A stretch of DNA of 64,000 bases from Nitrospirota bacterium (GTDB taxonomy: Bacteria; Nitrospirota; UBA9217): the NCBI GenBank assembly GCA_963845065.1, contig CAWJQQ010000001.1:928001-992000 (forward strand). The letters are read 5' to 3'. Position 1 is the first letter of the stretch. Each line of letters begins with the position of its first letter. The position numbers and the translations under genes are program-made. Positions 63,178 to 64,000 of the stretch are shown here, piece after piece. A model generated the notes under the pieces. That model was not told the origin of the DNA and did not search any database. It was given only the letters and a program-made list of their open reading frames with translations.

Positions 63178-64000
63178 ATGGAATACGGGCTCCTCGAAAA
63201 ATTCATCAATTTTCTGGCTGTGGAGAAAGGGCTCGCGCGAAACACACTCGAATCCTATGGGCGAGACCTGCGAAAGTACCTTAATTTCATCAAAACAAAA
63301 AGGCCGGATGATATTTCCGCATCGGATGTTAAATCTTTTTTGACATGGCTATCATCGACGGGGATCGCTGCACCTTCAATCGCACGGTGTCTGGCCGCGA
63401 TACGAGGCTTTCATAAATACCTTATGACAGATGGACTCAGCAACAGGGACCCGACGATAACCATAGAAACACCGCGCGGATGGAAGCGTCTTCCCAAAAC
63501 GCTTTCTGTCGCTGATGTCGATGTACTGCTCAAACAACCTGATCCAACGACCCCTATCGGACTTCGGGATAAAGCGATGCTGGAGTTGCTCTATGCTACG
63601 GGGCTCCGGGTCAGCGAATTGGTCGGCCTCAAACTAAATGACATCAATCTCGAACGTGGCTTCCTCATCGTGATCGGAAAGGGATCGAAGGAACGAGCGG
63701 TCCCCTTGGGCGACACGGCAGTTTTCTATGTGCAAACCTATTTGGACCATGGGCGCTCCTTCCTGCTCAAGGGGAGTGAATCTGACCATCTGTTCATCAG
63801 TTCGAGACATCGGGGGATTACCCGACAGATGTTTTGGGAGCGGATCAAGCACTATACTCGGAGGGCCGGTATTGAACGGGTTGTCTCCCCCCACACTCTG
63901 CGTCATTCCTTCGCAACGCACCTGCTCGACAACGGGGCAGATCTTCGCGCAGTCCAGGCCATGCTCGGTCATTCAGATATTTCCACAACGCAGATTTACA
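63178..64000 (+). CDS. xerD: Tyrosine recombinase XerD (3' end runs off the window; absent from the ORF track)
   Basis: Manual translation from ATG 63178: VEKGLARNT..SY.RDL, RDKAMLELLYATGLRVSEL, GKGSKER, SPHTLRHSFATHLL..GADLR.VQ.MLGHSDISTTQIY. Confidence 0.93.
   Translation, partial: MEYGLLEKFINFLAVEKGLARNTLESYGRDLRKYLNFIKTKRPDDISASDVKSFLTWLSSTGIAAPSIARCLAAIRGFHKYLMTDGLSNRDPTITIETPRGWKRLPKTLSVADVDVLLKQPDPTTPIGLRDKAMLELLYATGLRVSELVGLKLNDINLERGFLIVIGKGSKERAVPLGDTAVFYVQTYLDHGRSFLLKGSESDHLFISSRHRGITRQMFWERIKHYTRRAGIERVVSPHTLRHSFATHLLDNGADLRAVQAMLGHSDISTTQIY

Noticed and set aside
63634..63972. 112-aa minus-strand ORF, and xerD as a prophage integrase
   Set aside because: Antisense shadow of xerD; the recombinase has housekeeping XerD signatures and no phage genes are adjacent within the window

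Overview
Bacterial chromosomal window, probably from an anaerobic Nitrospirota- or Desulfobacterota-like diderm (inferred from gene content only). It is mostly housekeeping genes: rmuC, nadA, era, recO, lnt, queD, pmbA, hflX, ubiX, argS, tgt-yajC-secD-secF, ilvA, the yceD-rpmF-plsX-fabH...fabD-fabG-acpP-fabF-rnc operon, bioA, degP-like protease, yebC-ruvCAB, queH and xerD. Long spacers carry decayed mobile DNA: an internally deleted IS110, several IS200/IS605 (TnpB or IscB-type) remnants, and ORF-less group II introns. Five things stand out. (1) An acyl-CoA dehydrogenase, EtfB and a ferredoxin-fused EtfA lie inside the fab operon, next to a frameshifted, apparently decaying fabD. (2) Two related ORF-less group II introns sit at equivalent positions of an IS200/IS605 end hairpin and have non-canonical NAAAGCG 5' ends; one carries a second, nested intron. 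(3) Two adjacent hfq-like genes encode three different Sm domains. (4) hflX appears to start at AUC. (5) The IS110 remnant retains a structured downstream non-coding region (bridge/seekRNA candidate). I saw no rRNA, tRNA or CRISPR array. All calls come from reading motifs by eye; no searches were run.
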